Assembly: GCA_963836665.1 (NCBI GenBank)
Contig: CAWIKL010000001.1
Span: 3,791,818-3,855,817, forward strand
Source of the DNA: an uncultured Acidobacteriota bacterium
Lineage (GTDB): Bacteria > Acidobacteriota > Vicinamibacteria > Vicinamibacterales > 2-12-FULL-66-21
DNA: 64,000 nt
Reading direction: 5' to 3'
Position 1 is the first letter of the stretch. Every line of letters starts with the position of its first letter. Of this stretch, positions 38,548-48,073 are shown piece by piece. The notes below the pieces were generated by a model. The model was given only the letters and a program-made list of their open reading frames with translations. It was not told the origin of the DNA and ran no database searches. A program made the position numbers and the translations under genes.

Positions 38548-39822
38548 ATGAGCGCGCGCGCCCACCTCTGGTCGTCGGACGTCCTGCCCGAGCTGCGCCT
38601 CGGCCTCGAGAATCTGCTCGCCCACAAGCTGCGCTCGCTGCTGACGATGCTGGGGATGATCTTCGGCGTGGCGGCCGTGGTCGCCATGCTGTCGATCGGC
38701 GCTGGCGCGCAGCAGGAGGTGATGTCGTTCATCGAGCAGCTCGGCGTTCGCAATCTGATCATCGAAGCGCGCGAGGCACCCGACAACCAGACGCTGCAGA
38801 AGGTGCGCAAGCTGTCGGCCGGCCTGTCGTTCCAGGACCTGCGCATCATCCAGTCGAATCTCGACGGCATCTCGACATCGAGCGCGCGCAAGCGTTTCAC
38901 GCCGTCGAAACTGACGCCCAAACCGTTCGCGGGCGACATACCGGCGGTCTATGGCGTGGCGCCGGCCTACCAGGTGATCGCCAACCTCAAGGTGGCGTCG
39001 GGCCGCTTCTTCGACGACGCGGAAACGACGGCGGCGTCGCCGGTGTGCGTGCTCGGCGAGGCGGCGGCGGCGGGGCTCTTCGGCACCGAGGATCCGATCG
39101 GCAAGTACGTGAAGGTGAACGATCAGTGGTTCCGCGTCGTCGGCGTTGCGGGGCCGCAGCTCACCGTGCAGTCCGACGTCGCCGGCATCCCGGCGCAGGA
39201 CCGCAACAACCTGATTTATGTCCCGCTCTACTCGTCGGTGTTCCGCCTCGAGGACAGCCAGAGCGCGCAGAAGGACGAGATCGACGGCGTCTACCTGCAG
39301 ATGAAGTCGGGCGCCGACATTCCCGGCGCGGCGGCGATGCTGCGCGGCATTCTCGACGTCGCCCACCGCGGTGCCGGAGACTTCACCATCGTCTCGCCGG
39401 CGGAGCTGCTCGCCGAGCAGCGGCGCACGCAGCGCATCTTCGAGATGGTAATGGTGGCGATCGCGTCGATCTCGTTGCTGGTCGGCGGCATCGGGATCAT
39501 GAACATCATGCTCGCCAGCGTGCTCGAGCGGACGCGCGAGATCGGCGTCCGCCGCGCTATCGGCGCGCGGCGGAAGGACGTCGTACGGCAGTTCCTCATC
39601 GAGACGACGATCATCTCGCTGACCGGCGGCGTCGCCGGCATCCTCCTTGGCGTCGCACTGTCGCAGCTGATTGGCGTCCTGGCCGGGTGGTCGACAATCG
39701 TCACGACCAGCTCGATCGTGCTGGCCTTCGGCGTCTCGGTTGCCATCGGCATCGTGTTCGGCCTCTATCCCGCCGTCCGCGCGTCCCGGCTCGATCCGGT
39801 GACGGCGCTGCACTACGAGTAG
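38548..39822 (+). CDS. MacB-type ABC transporter permease (MacB_PCD + FtsX), no ATPase domain
   Basis: N-terminal TM LRSLLTMLGMIFGVAAVV, periplasmic domain, C-terminal FtsX helices, and REIGVRRAIGARRKDV. Confidence 0.85.
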   Translation: MSARAHLWSSDVLPELRLGLENLLAHKLRSLLTMLGMIFGVAAVVAMLSIGAGAQQEVMSFIEQLGVRNLIIEAREAPDNQTLQKVRKLSAGLSFQDLRIIQSNLDGISTSSARKRFTPSKLTPKPFAGDIPAVYGVAPAYQVIANLKVASGRFFDDAETTAASPVCVLGEAAAAGLFGTEDPIGKYVKVNDQWFRVVGVAGPQLTVQSDVAGIPAQDRNNLIYVPLYSSVFRLEDSQSAQKDEIDGVYLQMKSGADIPGAAAMLRGILDVAHRGAGDFTIVSPAELLAEQRRTQRIFEMVMVAIASISLLVGGIGIMNIMLASVLERTREIGVRRAIGARRKDVVRQFLIETTIISLTGGVAGILLGVALSQLIGVLAGWSTIVTTSSIVLAFGVSVAIGIVFGLYPAVRASRLDPVTALHYE

Positions 39823-39830
39823 GAAGTCGC

Positions 39831-41219
39831 TTATTTTCGCAACACCACCCAGTCGCGATCGCGATACGCAGTCGTCCACTCCGCCTGCGCGAGTTGCGTA
39901 GCGGTTGGCGACTCGGTCGGCAGGTAGGCGCAGCGGATCTTGAAGCGCGAGAAGACCTCCGGATACGCGCCGCTGCCGTTCTCCAGGCGGATCTGCTCGA
40001 GGATGAGCGCCGTCGGATACGGGTCCTGCCGTCCGTCGAGATACACGCGTCGCTCCGGTACGAACCACAGCAGATAACCGCCCTGGTCGTAGCGGTTGTA
40101 CAAGTTGTCGGGGCACTGCCGCAGTGCGGCGATCGCGCCGGCGGGTATCGGATCCCAGCGCAGCTTGGGAATGCGGTTCGTGTATGCCCAGGCCAGCGTT
40201 CCGGCGACGCCGGCGGCGGCAAGGCTGGCGATCGCGGCGTTCAGCCGCGGCCGTTGCGCCTCGGCTGCGGTCGCGGAATGGCGCCGCCCCGGCAGCAGCG
40301 TCGTCATCGCCGGTGCGGCGACCATCAGGAACGGTCCGACGTTTCTGATCGCGGTCAGGGCGAAGGGCAGCGCGGCCAGCGCGCAGGCGTAGATCGTTGC
40401 CTCGTCGGGCGGCAGCTGCCGGAGACGCCGTCGATTGTGGACGATGCCGTAACAGAACGCCGCGGCGATGAACCAGAAGGGCAGCAGGTACGGGGCCGTC
40501 AGGCGCGGGCGCTGCCACTCGTCGAAGGGAAACAGGCGGATGCGCGCCAGCGATATCAGGATTTCCGACCAGAACGACAAACCGAGCGGCGTGGCCGTCG
40601 TCGCCAGGAGGCAGGCCAGCAGGATGAGTAGCGCCGTCCGCAACTTGCGCGGCGCCATCAGCACCTGCGCGGCGAGACCCGCGCCGAGGAAGACGAATCC
40701 GAGCAGCACGCCGCCGTGACAGTTCGCCCAGACCAGGAAGACCAAGGGCAGCCACCACACGCGCCACGCCGACACGAGCGTTACGGTGGCCACGATGAAG
40801 AGGAGTGAGAAGGCGTGCGGCCGCGGCTGCCACCAGGCGCTCGATGGGATGACGGCCAGCCCGATCCAGATCACCCGTGCGCGCGATGATCCGCGGCCCA
40901 ACTGCCACGACAGCGTCCAGGCGCCGACGATCAGGCTGGCCGCGAACATCGTCACGAGAGGCAGCCCGCCGATCCTGAACATCGCGTAGTACGCGACTTC
41001 GGTGAGCCACTCGTGATTCGCCCAGAAAGCCCCTTCGGCGGTGTGGGAATGGAGGTCGGTGAGCAGGACCGCGTGCATTCGCCACATGTCGCGGCCGGCA
41101 CTCAGCTGCCACCAGGTGTCGGTGTGCATGGGCATGAGCCCGCACGCCAGCGCGATCACCAGGAGCGCGAGCGCGGCGAGAAACCGATCGAACGTAAACC
41201 AGGGGGATCGGGCGACCAC
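39831..41219 (-). CDS. large polytopic membrane protein, possibly GT-C/ArnT-like glycosyltransferase
   Basis: At least 10 hydrophobic segments and an aromatic-rich periplasmic C-terminus. The family assignment is tentative. Confidence 0.6.
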   Translation of the reverse strand: MVARSPWFTFDRFLAALALLVIALACGLMPMHTDTWWQLSAGRDMWRMHAVLLTDLHSHTAEGAFWANHEWLTEVAYYAMFRIGGLPLVTMFAASLIVGAWTLSWQLGRGSSRARVIWIGLAVIPSSAWWQPRPHAFSLLFIVATVTLVSAWRVWWLPLVFLVWANCHGGVLLGFVFLGAGLAAQVLMAPRKLRTALLILLACLLATTATPLGLSFWSEILISLARIRLFPFDEWQRPRLTAPYLLPFWFIAAAFCYGIVHNRRRLRQLPPDEATIYACALAALPFALTAIRNVGPFLMVAAPAMTTLLPGRRHSATAAEAQRPRLNAAIASLAAAGVAGTLAWAYTNRIPKLRWDPIPAGAIAALRQCPDNLYNRYDQGGYLLWFVPERRVYLDGRQDPYPTALILEQIRLENGSGAYPEVFSRFKIRCAYLPTESPTATQLAQAEWTTAYRDRDWVVLRK

Positions 41220-41263
41220 AGGGCCTTTCGGGGGGGCGACGGCGATTGTATGGCAAACCCGCC

Positions 41264-41269
41264 TATAAT
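41264..41269 (+). promoter_or_regulatory. -10 box TATAAT 9 nt upstream of ATG 41279
   Basis: Perfect hexamer. Confidence 0.4.
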
Positions 41270-41278
41270 TAGAGGGTT

Positions 41279-42412
41279 ATGCCCTGTGCCGCGACCTTCC
41301 TGGTCGCGCTGCTCGCAGCTCTACCGTCGTCGCAGACCCGGCGTCCGGCTCCGCCGGCGGCCCCGGCGCCGTTCAAGGCAACGCTGACCGCCGCAGAGAT
41401 GACCGGCAAGCAGGCCGTCCTCGACACGTCGATGGGAACGGTCGTCATTGACTTGCGGCCGGACCTGGCGCCGAACCACGTCGGCTACTTCATGAAGTCG
41501 GCGGCGGACAAGGCGTTCGACGGAACGATCGTGCACCGCGTGATCAGGGACGGCATCATCCAGGGCGGGGATCCCCTGACGAAGGATCCGGGCAAGAAGG
41601 CGTTGTACGGAACGGGTGGACTCGGCGTGCTGAAGGCGGAGTCCAGCGCCGAGCCGTTCACGCGCGGCGCGGTGGCGGCCGCGTTGCGGCCGAACCAGCC
41701 CGACAGCGGCGGCGCGCAGTTCTTCATCTGCGTGTCGGACCAGCCGGCGTTGGCGGGGCAGTTTACGATCTTCGGCCGCGTCAGCGAAGGGATGGACGTG
41801 GCGCAGAAGATCTCGGAGCTGTCGGCGGATGACCGGAACCAACCGCTCGAGCGCGTGACGATCCGCAGCGTCACGATCCGTGACACGCCGCCGCCAGAGC
41901 CGGTGCCGTTCGCTGGCGAGACGCCGGATCAGCTGGCGCAGCACAGGGCCGTAATCGAGACCGCGCAGGGGAACATCACCGTCGCCTTCACCGCCGGGAC
42001 GGCGCCGGAGCACGTCCGCAACTTCCTGCAGCTGGCGCAGGCGGGAGTATTCGACGGCACGGCGTTTCACCGCGTGGTGCACAACTTCGTGGCGCAGGGC
42101 GGTGCGCTCACGTCGCGGGCGGCGCCGCTCACCGAGAAGCAGCAGAAACGCGTGCATACGCTGCAGCCGGAGTTCAACGACACCAAGCACGTCAAAGGCA
42201 TTGTCTCAATGGCGCGCGGCGACGATCCCGCCAGCGCCACCACCTCGTTCTTCATCGTCACGGGACCAGCGCCGTCGCTCGACGGCAAGTACACCGTCTT
42301 TGCACGCGTCGTCGACGGCATGGACGTCGTCGACAGGATTGACGCGGCGCCGGTCAACGGCGAGTCTCCCGTGGCCCGCATCGAGATTACCAAGGTGCGG
42401 ATCATCAATTAG
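41279..42412 (+). CDS. secreted tandem-cyclophilin peptidyl-prolyl isomerase
   Basis: Two cyclophilin domains (FDGTIVHRVIRDGIIQGGDP and FDGTAFHRVVHNFVAQGG). Confidence 0.85.
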   Translation: MPCAATFLVALLAALPSSQTRRPAPPAAPAPFKATLTAAEMTGKQAVLDTSMGTVVIDLRPDLAPNHVGYFMKSAADKAFDGTIVHRVIRDGIIQGGDPLTKDPGKKALYGTGGLGVLKAESSAEPFTRGAVAAALRPNQPDSGGAQFFICVSDQPALAGQFTIFGRVSEGMDVAQKISELSADDRNQPLERVTIRSVTIRDTPPPEPVPFAGETPDQLAQHRAVIETAQGNITVAFTAGTAPEHVRNFLQLAQAGVFDGTAFHRVVHNFVAQGGALTSRAAPLTEKQQKRVHTLQPEFNDTKHVKGIVSMARGDDPASATTSFFIVTGPAPSLDGKYTVFARVVDGMDVVDRIDAAPVNGESPVARIEITKVRIIN

Positions 42413-42421
42413 TCAGGCAAC

Positions 42422-43930
42422 ATGGCAGAAACACGTCTCAAGATTGCAGTCTTCATCGATTTCGACAACATCGAGATTGGCGTCAAGAACACCCTCAACG
42501 CGACCTTCGACGTCGGCGTCGTGCTCGAGGCGCTGCGCGAACGCGGCGACGTCGTCAGCAAGACGGCCTACGGCGACTGGACGCGCGCCGGCGACTACAG
42601 CCGATCGCTGACCCAGCATGCGACCAAGCTGGTGCAGCGCAACCTCACGCCGGGCGGCGACAAGAACGGTGCCGACATCAACCTCGCGCTCGACGCGTTG
42701 GAGATGGCCTTCACCCATCCCCATATCAACGCCTACGTCATCGTCGGCGGCGACAGCGACTTCATCTCGCTCGTCGAGAAGCTGAAGCAGTACGACAAGC
42801 AGATCTTCGTCGTCGGCGGCCGATCGTTCACCAGCCAGGTGATGCAGCGCAACTGCCACGAGTTCATGGCCTACGAGAACCTGATCGGCGGGCGCCGCAG
42901 CGATCGCGGCCGAGGCGGGTCCGGGCCATCGATGGGCTCGCAGCAGCTCGACCAGATCGTGCCTTTGGTGCGGCGCGCGCTGAAGGTGCTGTCGGACCGT
43001 GAGGTCACGCCGCAGCTCGGGCTTCTCAAGAGCACGCTGCTGCAGCTCGACTCGACGTTCTCGGAGCGGACTTACGGCGCCGGGAGCTTCCGCGATTTCG
43101 CCGAGAAGCTGGCCTCGGCCGGCATCGTCACGCTGAAGGAAGCCGGGCGCAACGTGCTCGTCGAGCTGCGCGAGGGGGGACACCAGCCGCTGGCGCCCGA
43201 GGCCAGCAGCGCCCCTGCGGCGCCGGCCGACGCAGGCAACGGGCATTCGCGCCCGGCCCACCACGGGCACGCACCGGCGCAGGCCCAGCCGCACGGACCG
43301 GCACACGGCCAACCGCACGCGCAGCACGGGCCGCCGGCGGGGCCGCCGCGCGCCGAGGAAGCGGTCGCCGAAGTGCGCCGCCTCTTCTCGATCGCGCAAC
43401 AGCCGCCGCGCTGGCCGATGTACCTGCGCCAGGTGAAGCAATACCTGCGCACCGCCGACTCGTCGTTCGACGAGCGGAAGTTCGGCTTCAACAGCCTCAA
43501 CGATCTGCTGCGCGCCTGTCAGCGTGAAGGGCTGTTTCGCATGGAGCGCGATCGGCAGGGCGTCATCCGCTTCTTCCAGGGGAACGCCATGAAGGAAGCG
43601 GGCGCATCGGCGGCGGCGCGCGGTATCAACCAGGCCGACATCGAGGCGGCCGAGCGACTGGCGGCGCAGGCTGAAGCCGAGCTCGCCGCCGCCGAAGCGC
43701 GTGAAGCGGACGTCGTCGACGGCGATGTCGTACGCGACCAGGAGCAGCCGTCGATCGTTGATGCCGAAGCGATGGCCGAAGAGACCGCACCGATCACCGA
43801 GGAGCCGCCGGCCAAGACACGAAGGAAGGCGAAGGGCGCCAAGGAGCCGAAGGAGCCGCGCGCGCGCAAGGCCGCGGCCAAGCCGCGCGCTTCGTCACGC
43901 AAGAAAGCGGCGGTCGCCGCCGACGCATAG
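42422..43930 (+). CDS. NYN (LabA-like) nuclease-domain protein with OST-HTH/LOTUS regions and basic tail
   Basis: NYN motifs KIAVFIDFDN, GADINLALDA, VGGDSDF. Two helical OST-HTH-like segments. Lys/Ala-rich C-terminus. Confidence 0.8.
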   Translation: MAETRLKIAVFIDFDNIEIGVKNTLNATFDVGVVLEALRERGDVVSKTAYGDWTRAGDYSRSLTQHATKLVQRNLTPGGDKNGADINLALDALEMAFTHPHINAYVIVGGDSDFISLVEKLKQYDKQIFVVGGRSFTSQVMQRNCHEFMAYENLIGGRRSDRGRGGSGPSMGSQQLDQIVPLVRRALKVLSDREVTPQLGLLKSTLLQLDSTFSERTYGAGSFRDFAEKLASAGIVTLKEAGRNVLVELREGGHQPLAPEASSAPAAPADAGNGHSRPAHHGHAPAQAQPHGPAHGQPHAQHGPPAGPPRAEEAVAEVRRLFSIAQQPPRWPMYLRQVKQYLRTADSSFDERKFGFNSLNDLLRACQREGLFRMERDRQGVIRFFQGNAMKEAGASAAARGINQADIEAAERLAAQAEAELAAAEAREADVVDGDVVRDQEQPSIVDAEAMAEETAPITEEPPAKTRRKAKGAKEPKEPRARKAAAKPRASSRKKAAVAADA

Positions 43931-43934
43931 TCCC

Positions 43935-44804
43935 ATGCCACGCCAGCAGGCCGCGGCGGTGCTCGCGCTTGGCCTGCTGGCATGGCCCATCCACGCAGAG
44001 CAGAAATTTTCGTCGCGGACGCTCGGCGTCCGCGTCGACGTCCTCGTGACCGAAGGGCACAATCCTGTTGGCGGGCTCACCGCCGGCGACTTCGCGCTGC
44101 GCGACAACGGCGTGGCGCAGCACATCGAGGTCGTCGACGCCAACGACGTGCCGGTGAACGCCGTTCTCGCCCTCGATACCAGCGCGAGCCTCAAGGGCAA
44201 GCGCCAGACCGATCTGGTCGGCGCCGCGGAATCCCTTCTCGACGGCCTCAAGCCGGTCGATCGAGCGGCGCTGACCACCTTCGATCACGCGGTCCGCCCG
44301 GGGATCCCGTTAACGGGCGATCTGAAGGCCGTTCGCGCCTCGCTCGACCGCATCGAGCCACAGGGGCAGACCTCGGTGATGGACGGCGTATTCGTGGCGC
44401 TGACCGAAACGCTCGATCAGCCAGGCCGTTTCCTCGTGGTGGTGTGCACGGACGGCAGCGACACCTTCAGCTGGCTGCAGCCGTCGGAGGTGATCGAGAT
44501 CGCGAAGCGCTCCAACGCGGTGATCTACGCGGTGACGTCGGCCGACGCCAAGCGATCTGATGCGCTGAAGCAGCTGGCCGACGCCACCGGTGGTCAAGTC
44601 CTGCCGGTCAAGTCGAGCGACGAGCTGCGTCCCGCCTTCCAGCGCATTCTCTCGGAGTTCCGCAGCCGCTACGTGCTCGCCTACACGCCGGAAGGCGTCA
44701 CGCCTGGCGGCTACCATCGCATCGAGGTCACCGTCCCGCACCGGCGGGTCTCGGTGAAAGCGCGTCCGGGGTACGCAGGCGCGGAGACTGCCAAGCTGCC
44801 GTGA
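43935..44804 (+). CDS. VWFA-related acidobacterial-domain protein (secreted)
   Basis: Signal peptide. VRVDVLVTEGHNPVGGLTAGDFALRDNG..., a MIDAS-like DTSAS, and YVLAYTP. Confidence 0.8.
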   Translation: MPRQQAAAVLALGLLAWPIHAEQKFSSRTLGVRVDVLVTEGHNPVGGLTAGDFALRDNGVAQHIEVVDANDVPVNAVLALDTSASLKGKRQTDLVGAAESLLDGLKPVDRAALTTFDHAVRPGIPLTGDLKAVRASLDRIEPQGQTSVMDGVFVALTETLDQPGRFLVVVCTDGSDTFSWLQPSEVIEIAKRSNAVIYAVTSADAKRSDALKQLADATGGQVLPVKSSDELRPAFQRILSEFRSRYVLAYTPEGVTPGGYHRIEVTVPHRRVSVKARPGYAGAETAKLP

Positions 44805-46102
44805 CCCGCATTCTGGCGGCAGCCGTCGGCGTGGGGCTGTTGCTCGCGTCCGCCCGTGTCGCCCGCGCGCAGAGCCGTGAATCGACCGACGCGCTGGGTA
44901 ATTGGGTGGCGGCGGTCAGAACTCACGAACCTGGGAAAGCCGACGCCGCCGCGCAGGTCGTCGCCGGGCTCAAGTACAGCGACCGTCTCACACTGTATCC
45001 CTCGATGCAGATGTTTGTCGCCGCGGTGCGCGGCGAGAAGATCCACACAAAGACGGCCGAGCAGCGCCAGGTCCTGGACCTCTACCGCTCTGTCCAGAAG
45101 AATCCTGGACTCGCGGCGTTCCTAGAGCGCGCGGCGGTACTCCACGCCGACGCCGCGATCTTCCTCGACAAGGATCCGGACTTCATCGACGATGCGCCGA
45201 CACCAGGCGCTCCCGCCGCAATCGATCCACGGACCGGGGCTCGGAACCGCCGCCTCACCGACGCCCCCACGTCACCCCTGCTGACCAACGAAAGGGCGCT
45301 GCGTCATACCGACGGTCGTGTCATCGGCCAAGCGCTGCTGAACTGGAACTGGACGTTCGCGCGCAGCCTGCTTGATTTGCTGCTGACCCAGCCGGCAGAC
45401 GTCGTGTTCGTGGGCGAGTGGTATCACGCCACCGCTGCCTACATGCTGGCATTGGGCAAACACGCCGATCTGAAGAAGCATCTCGCGCACGCAGCGGACG
45501 TGTTGCCGCAGGACCCGCACATCCTCTTCGATCGCGGCTGCTATGCCGAGACGCTCGGCCTGCCGCTCTACCAGGTACTGCCAGACGACGTGGGGTTCTG
45601 GAGCTCCACGGCTCGCCTCTCCGTGCCTTCCGAAGACAAGACCGACGACGAGGCTGAGAAGCTGTTCCGCCACGCGATCGAAGTGGACTCCAGCTATGCG
45701 GAAGCACGTGTTCGCTTTGCGCGTCTGCTCGAACGGCGCGGAGCTCACGACGAGGCGGCCGCGCAAATCGATCAGGCGATCGCGTCCGGGCCGGTCAAGA
45801 CCGTCGCCTACTTCGCGCATCTGGTTGCCGGCCGGATCGAGCTGGCGCGCGGACGGCCTGACGAATCGTTCGGCCATTACCGGGCGGCGCTGGCGATCTT
45901 CCCGGATGCGCAGTCGGCGCTGGTCGGCGCCAGCGACGCCGCCGTCATGGCGACCGACGTGCCTGCTGCGATGACGCTCGTGCAGAAGCTCGGCGAGTCC
46001 ACGGCACGCTTCGACGCCGATCCCTGGTGGAACTACCACCTCGGTGCCGGCCGCGACGTCGACGAGCTGATGGCGGCGCTCTGGGCGCGCGTGCCCAGGT
46101 AA
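44801..46102 (+). CDS. secreted TPR-like hypothetical protein
   Basis: GTG start overlapping the upstream stop (GTGA). Signal peptide. TPR-like C-terminal helices. Confidence 0.6.
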   Translation: MTRILAAAVGVGLLLASARVARAQSRESTDALGNWVAAVRTHEPGKADAAAQVVAGLKYSDRLTLYPSMQMFVAAVRGEKIHTKTAEQRQVLDLYRSVQKNPGLAAFLERAAVLHADAAIFLDKDPDFIDDAPTPGAPAAIDPRTGARNRRLTDAPTSPLLTNERALRHTDGRVIGQALLNWNWTFARSLLDLLLTQPADVVFVGEWYHATAAYMLALGKHADLKKHLAHAADVLPQDPHILFDRGCYAETLGLPLYQVLPDDVGFWSSTARLSVPSEDKTDDEAEKLFRHAIEVDSSYAEARVRFARLLERRGAHDEAAAQIDQAIASGPVKTVAYFAHLVAGRIELARGRPDESFGHYRAALAIFPDAQSALVGASDAAVMATDVPAAMTLVQKLGESTARFDADPWWNYHLGAGRDVDELMAALWARVPR

Positions 46103-46112
46103 TATTGCGTCC

Positions 46113-46962
46113 GTGGCGTCTGAGATGAAGTGGCCGTCGATCGTGATCGGTGTCGTGCTGCTCGCTGCTGACGTGACGGCGGCCCGGGCGCAGTCGATGG
46201 GGTCGGCGGCCGCGCTCGATCGATGGGTCGTGGCGGTACGCGAGCACAAGCCCGGACGATCGGACAAGCCCGCGGCGGCGATCGCGGCGTTGTCGTATGC
46301 GAATCGCGTCGAGCTGAACCAGGCGATGCCGCTATTCCTGCGCGGCTTGCAGGGTAAGGCGCTCTCCAAGGACTCCGACGCTCAGCGCCAGATCGACGCG
46401 CTCGTCCACGCGGTTCGCATGGAGCAAGGCGCCGCGACATTCCTTCGCCTGGCGGCCGTCCTGCACACGGACGCGGCCGTCTTTCGCGCCGATCTGCCAA
46501 CTCCACCGGTGGAGTCCACGGCTCTGCAACAAACCACGACGGCGATCGATGGACGGAGCGGCCTGGCGATCGCCCGCGCCACCGTCAGGCCGCCGCCTCC
46601 CCGCCGCCGCTCCTCTCGAATGATCATTTCATCGTCCACGGCGACGGCCGAGGCCCGCGTCAGGCTGGCGCGCCTGCTCGACGAACGCGGCCGTCACGAC
46701 GAGGCAGCCTCTGAAATCGGCCTGGCGCTGGCGGCCAATCCGGCGCCGGCGGTCGCGTTCTATGCGCACCTCGTGGCCGGCCGCATCGAGCAGGCGCGCG
46801 GCCAGGCGCGTCGATCGCTCGAGCACTACACCGCGGCCGTAGCGCTCTATCCCGACGCGCAGTCGGCGCTTCTCGGCGCGAGCCAGGCGGCGGCGATGAC
46901 CTCCGATGTTGCGGGACGCCGAACCCCTCATGCGCGCGATGTGGGCAGACGCGGCGCGATAG
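46113..46962 (+). pseudogene. decayed tandem paralogue of the 44801-46102 gene
   Basis: The N-terminal third aligns in frame. The middle and C-terminal relics align only in other frames, and about 145 codons are missing. The ancestral stop TAG is at 46960-46962. See findings. Confidence 0.5.
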
Positions 46963-48070
46963 ACGGTAACGAGCCGCTACGCTGGTCGGCATCGCCCGCT
47001 TCGAATGGGAGCAGCGGCTCTTCCGGATCGAACGGCGCCGACGGATCCTCGAGGTTGTGCACGGTGACGCCGAGCAGGCGGACGGCGCGCGCTGCCGCGC
47101 CGGTGCGGTCGAGCAGCTTCACGGCGCGCTGCGCGATGTCTTCGGCGTCGCGTGTCGCCGGCGTTCGCGAATGGCTGCGCGTGATCGTGGTGAAGTCCGA
47201 GTAGCGGACTTTGATGGTGACCGTTCGGCACAGCAGCTGCTGGCGCTCCAGCCAGTCGGCCGCGTCACGCGCCATCGTGTCGACCTCCTGCCGCATCTCG
47301 AGGATGTCGGTCAGATCCTGGGAATAGGTGATCTCGCTGCCGGACGATTTCGTCTCGCGGTTCGGCTCGACGTTGCGATCGTCGACGCCGTTGGCGAGCT
47401 GGCGCAGCCACTCGCTCCAGCTTCCCACCGCCTCGCGCAGCGTCTTCTCGTCGGCGCTGCGCACGTCGACCAGTTTCGTGATGCCACGCTCGTGCAGCCG
47501 CGCCGCGGTCACGGGACCGACGCCCCAGAGCGCGTCGACCGGCAGCGCCTGCAGGAAGCGCTCGACGCGCTCGGGCGCGATCACCGTCAGGCCGTCAGGC
47601 TTCTTCCAGGCCGACGCGATCTTGGCCAGGAACTTGTTGGGGGCGACGCCGGCCGACGCTGTCAGCCCCGTCTTCTCCCGGATGTCCGTCTTGACGCGCT
47701 GTGCCACGACCTTGCCGAGCGCCTCCCCCCATGCGTTTTCCGTCACGTCGAGGTAGGCCTCGTCGAGCGACATCGGCTCGACGAGCGGCGTCACGGCGCG
47801 GAAGATCTCGAAAACCTGGCGCGAGACAGCGCGGTACTTCTGGAAGTCGGGATGGACGATGACGAGATGCGGGCAGAGCCGCACCGCCCGCGCCATCGGG
47901 ATTGCCGAGCGCACCCCGAACGTGCGCGCCTCATAGCTCGCCGCCGCAACGACGCCGCGTCGGTGGGGGTCGCCGCCGACCGCCACCGGCTTGCCGCGCA
48001 GCGACCGATTGTCGCGCTGCTCGACCGACGCGTAGAAGGCGTCCATGTCGATGTGCAGGATGCGCCGCAA
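46928..48070 (-). CDS. dinB: DNA polymerase IV
   Basis: ILHIDMDAFYASVEQRDN, SIDEAYLDVT-like MSLDEAYLDVT, and GVGPVTAARL. Confidence 0.95.
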   Translation of the reverse strand: MRRILHIDMDAFYASVEQRDNRSLRGKPVAVGGDPHRRGVVAAASYEARTFGVRSAIPMARAVRLCPHLVIVHPDFQKYRAVSRQVFEIFRAVTPLVEPMSLDEAYLDVTENAWGEALGKVVAQRVKTDIREKTGLTASAGVAPNKFLAKIASAWKKPDGLTVIAPERVERFLQALPVDALWGVGPVTAARLHERGITKLVDVRSADEKTLREAVGSWSEWLRQLANGVDDRNVEPNRETKSSGSEITYSQDLTDILEMRQEVDTMARDAADWLERQQLLCRTVTIKVRYSDFTTITRSHSRTPATRDAEDIAQRAVKLLDRTGAAARAVRLLGVTVHNLEDPSAPFDPEEPLLPFEAGDADQRSGSLPSIAPRLPTSRA

Positions 48071-48073
48071 CCG

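Noticed and set aside
38272-41256. A 994-aa minus-strand ORF spanning the permease and the downstream membrane-protein gene.
   Set aside because: The product is Arg/Pro/Ala-rich junk. It overlaps a clear MacB-type permease on the plus strand. It is also in a different frame from the convincing 39831-41219 membrane protein.
46963-47204. The 3' part of track ORF 46113-47204 as real coding sequence.
   Set aside because: It is antisense to dinB, and the paralogue's ancestral C-terminus and stop are found in another frame ending at 46962.
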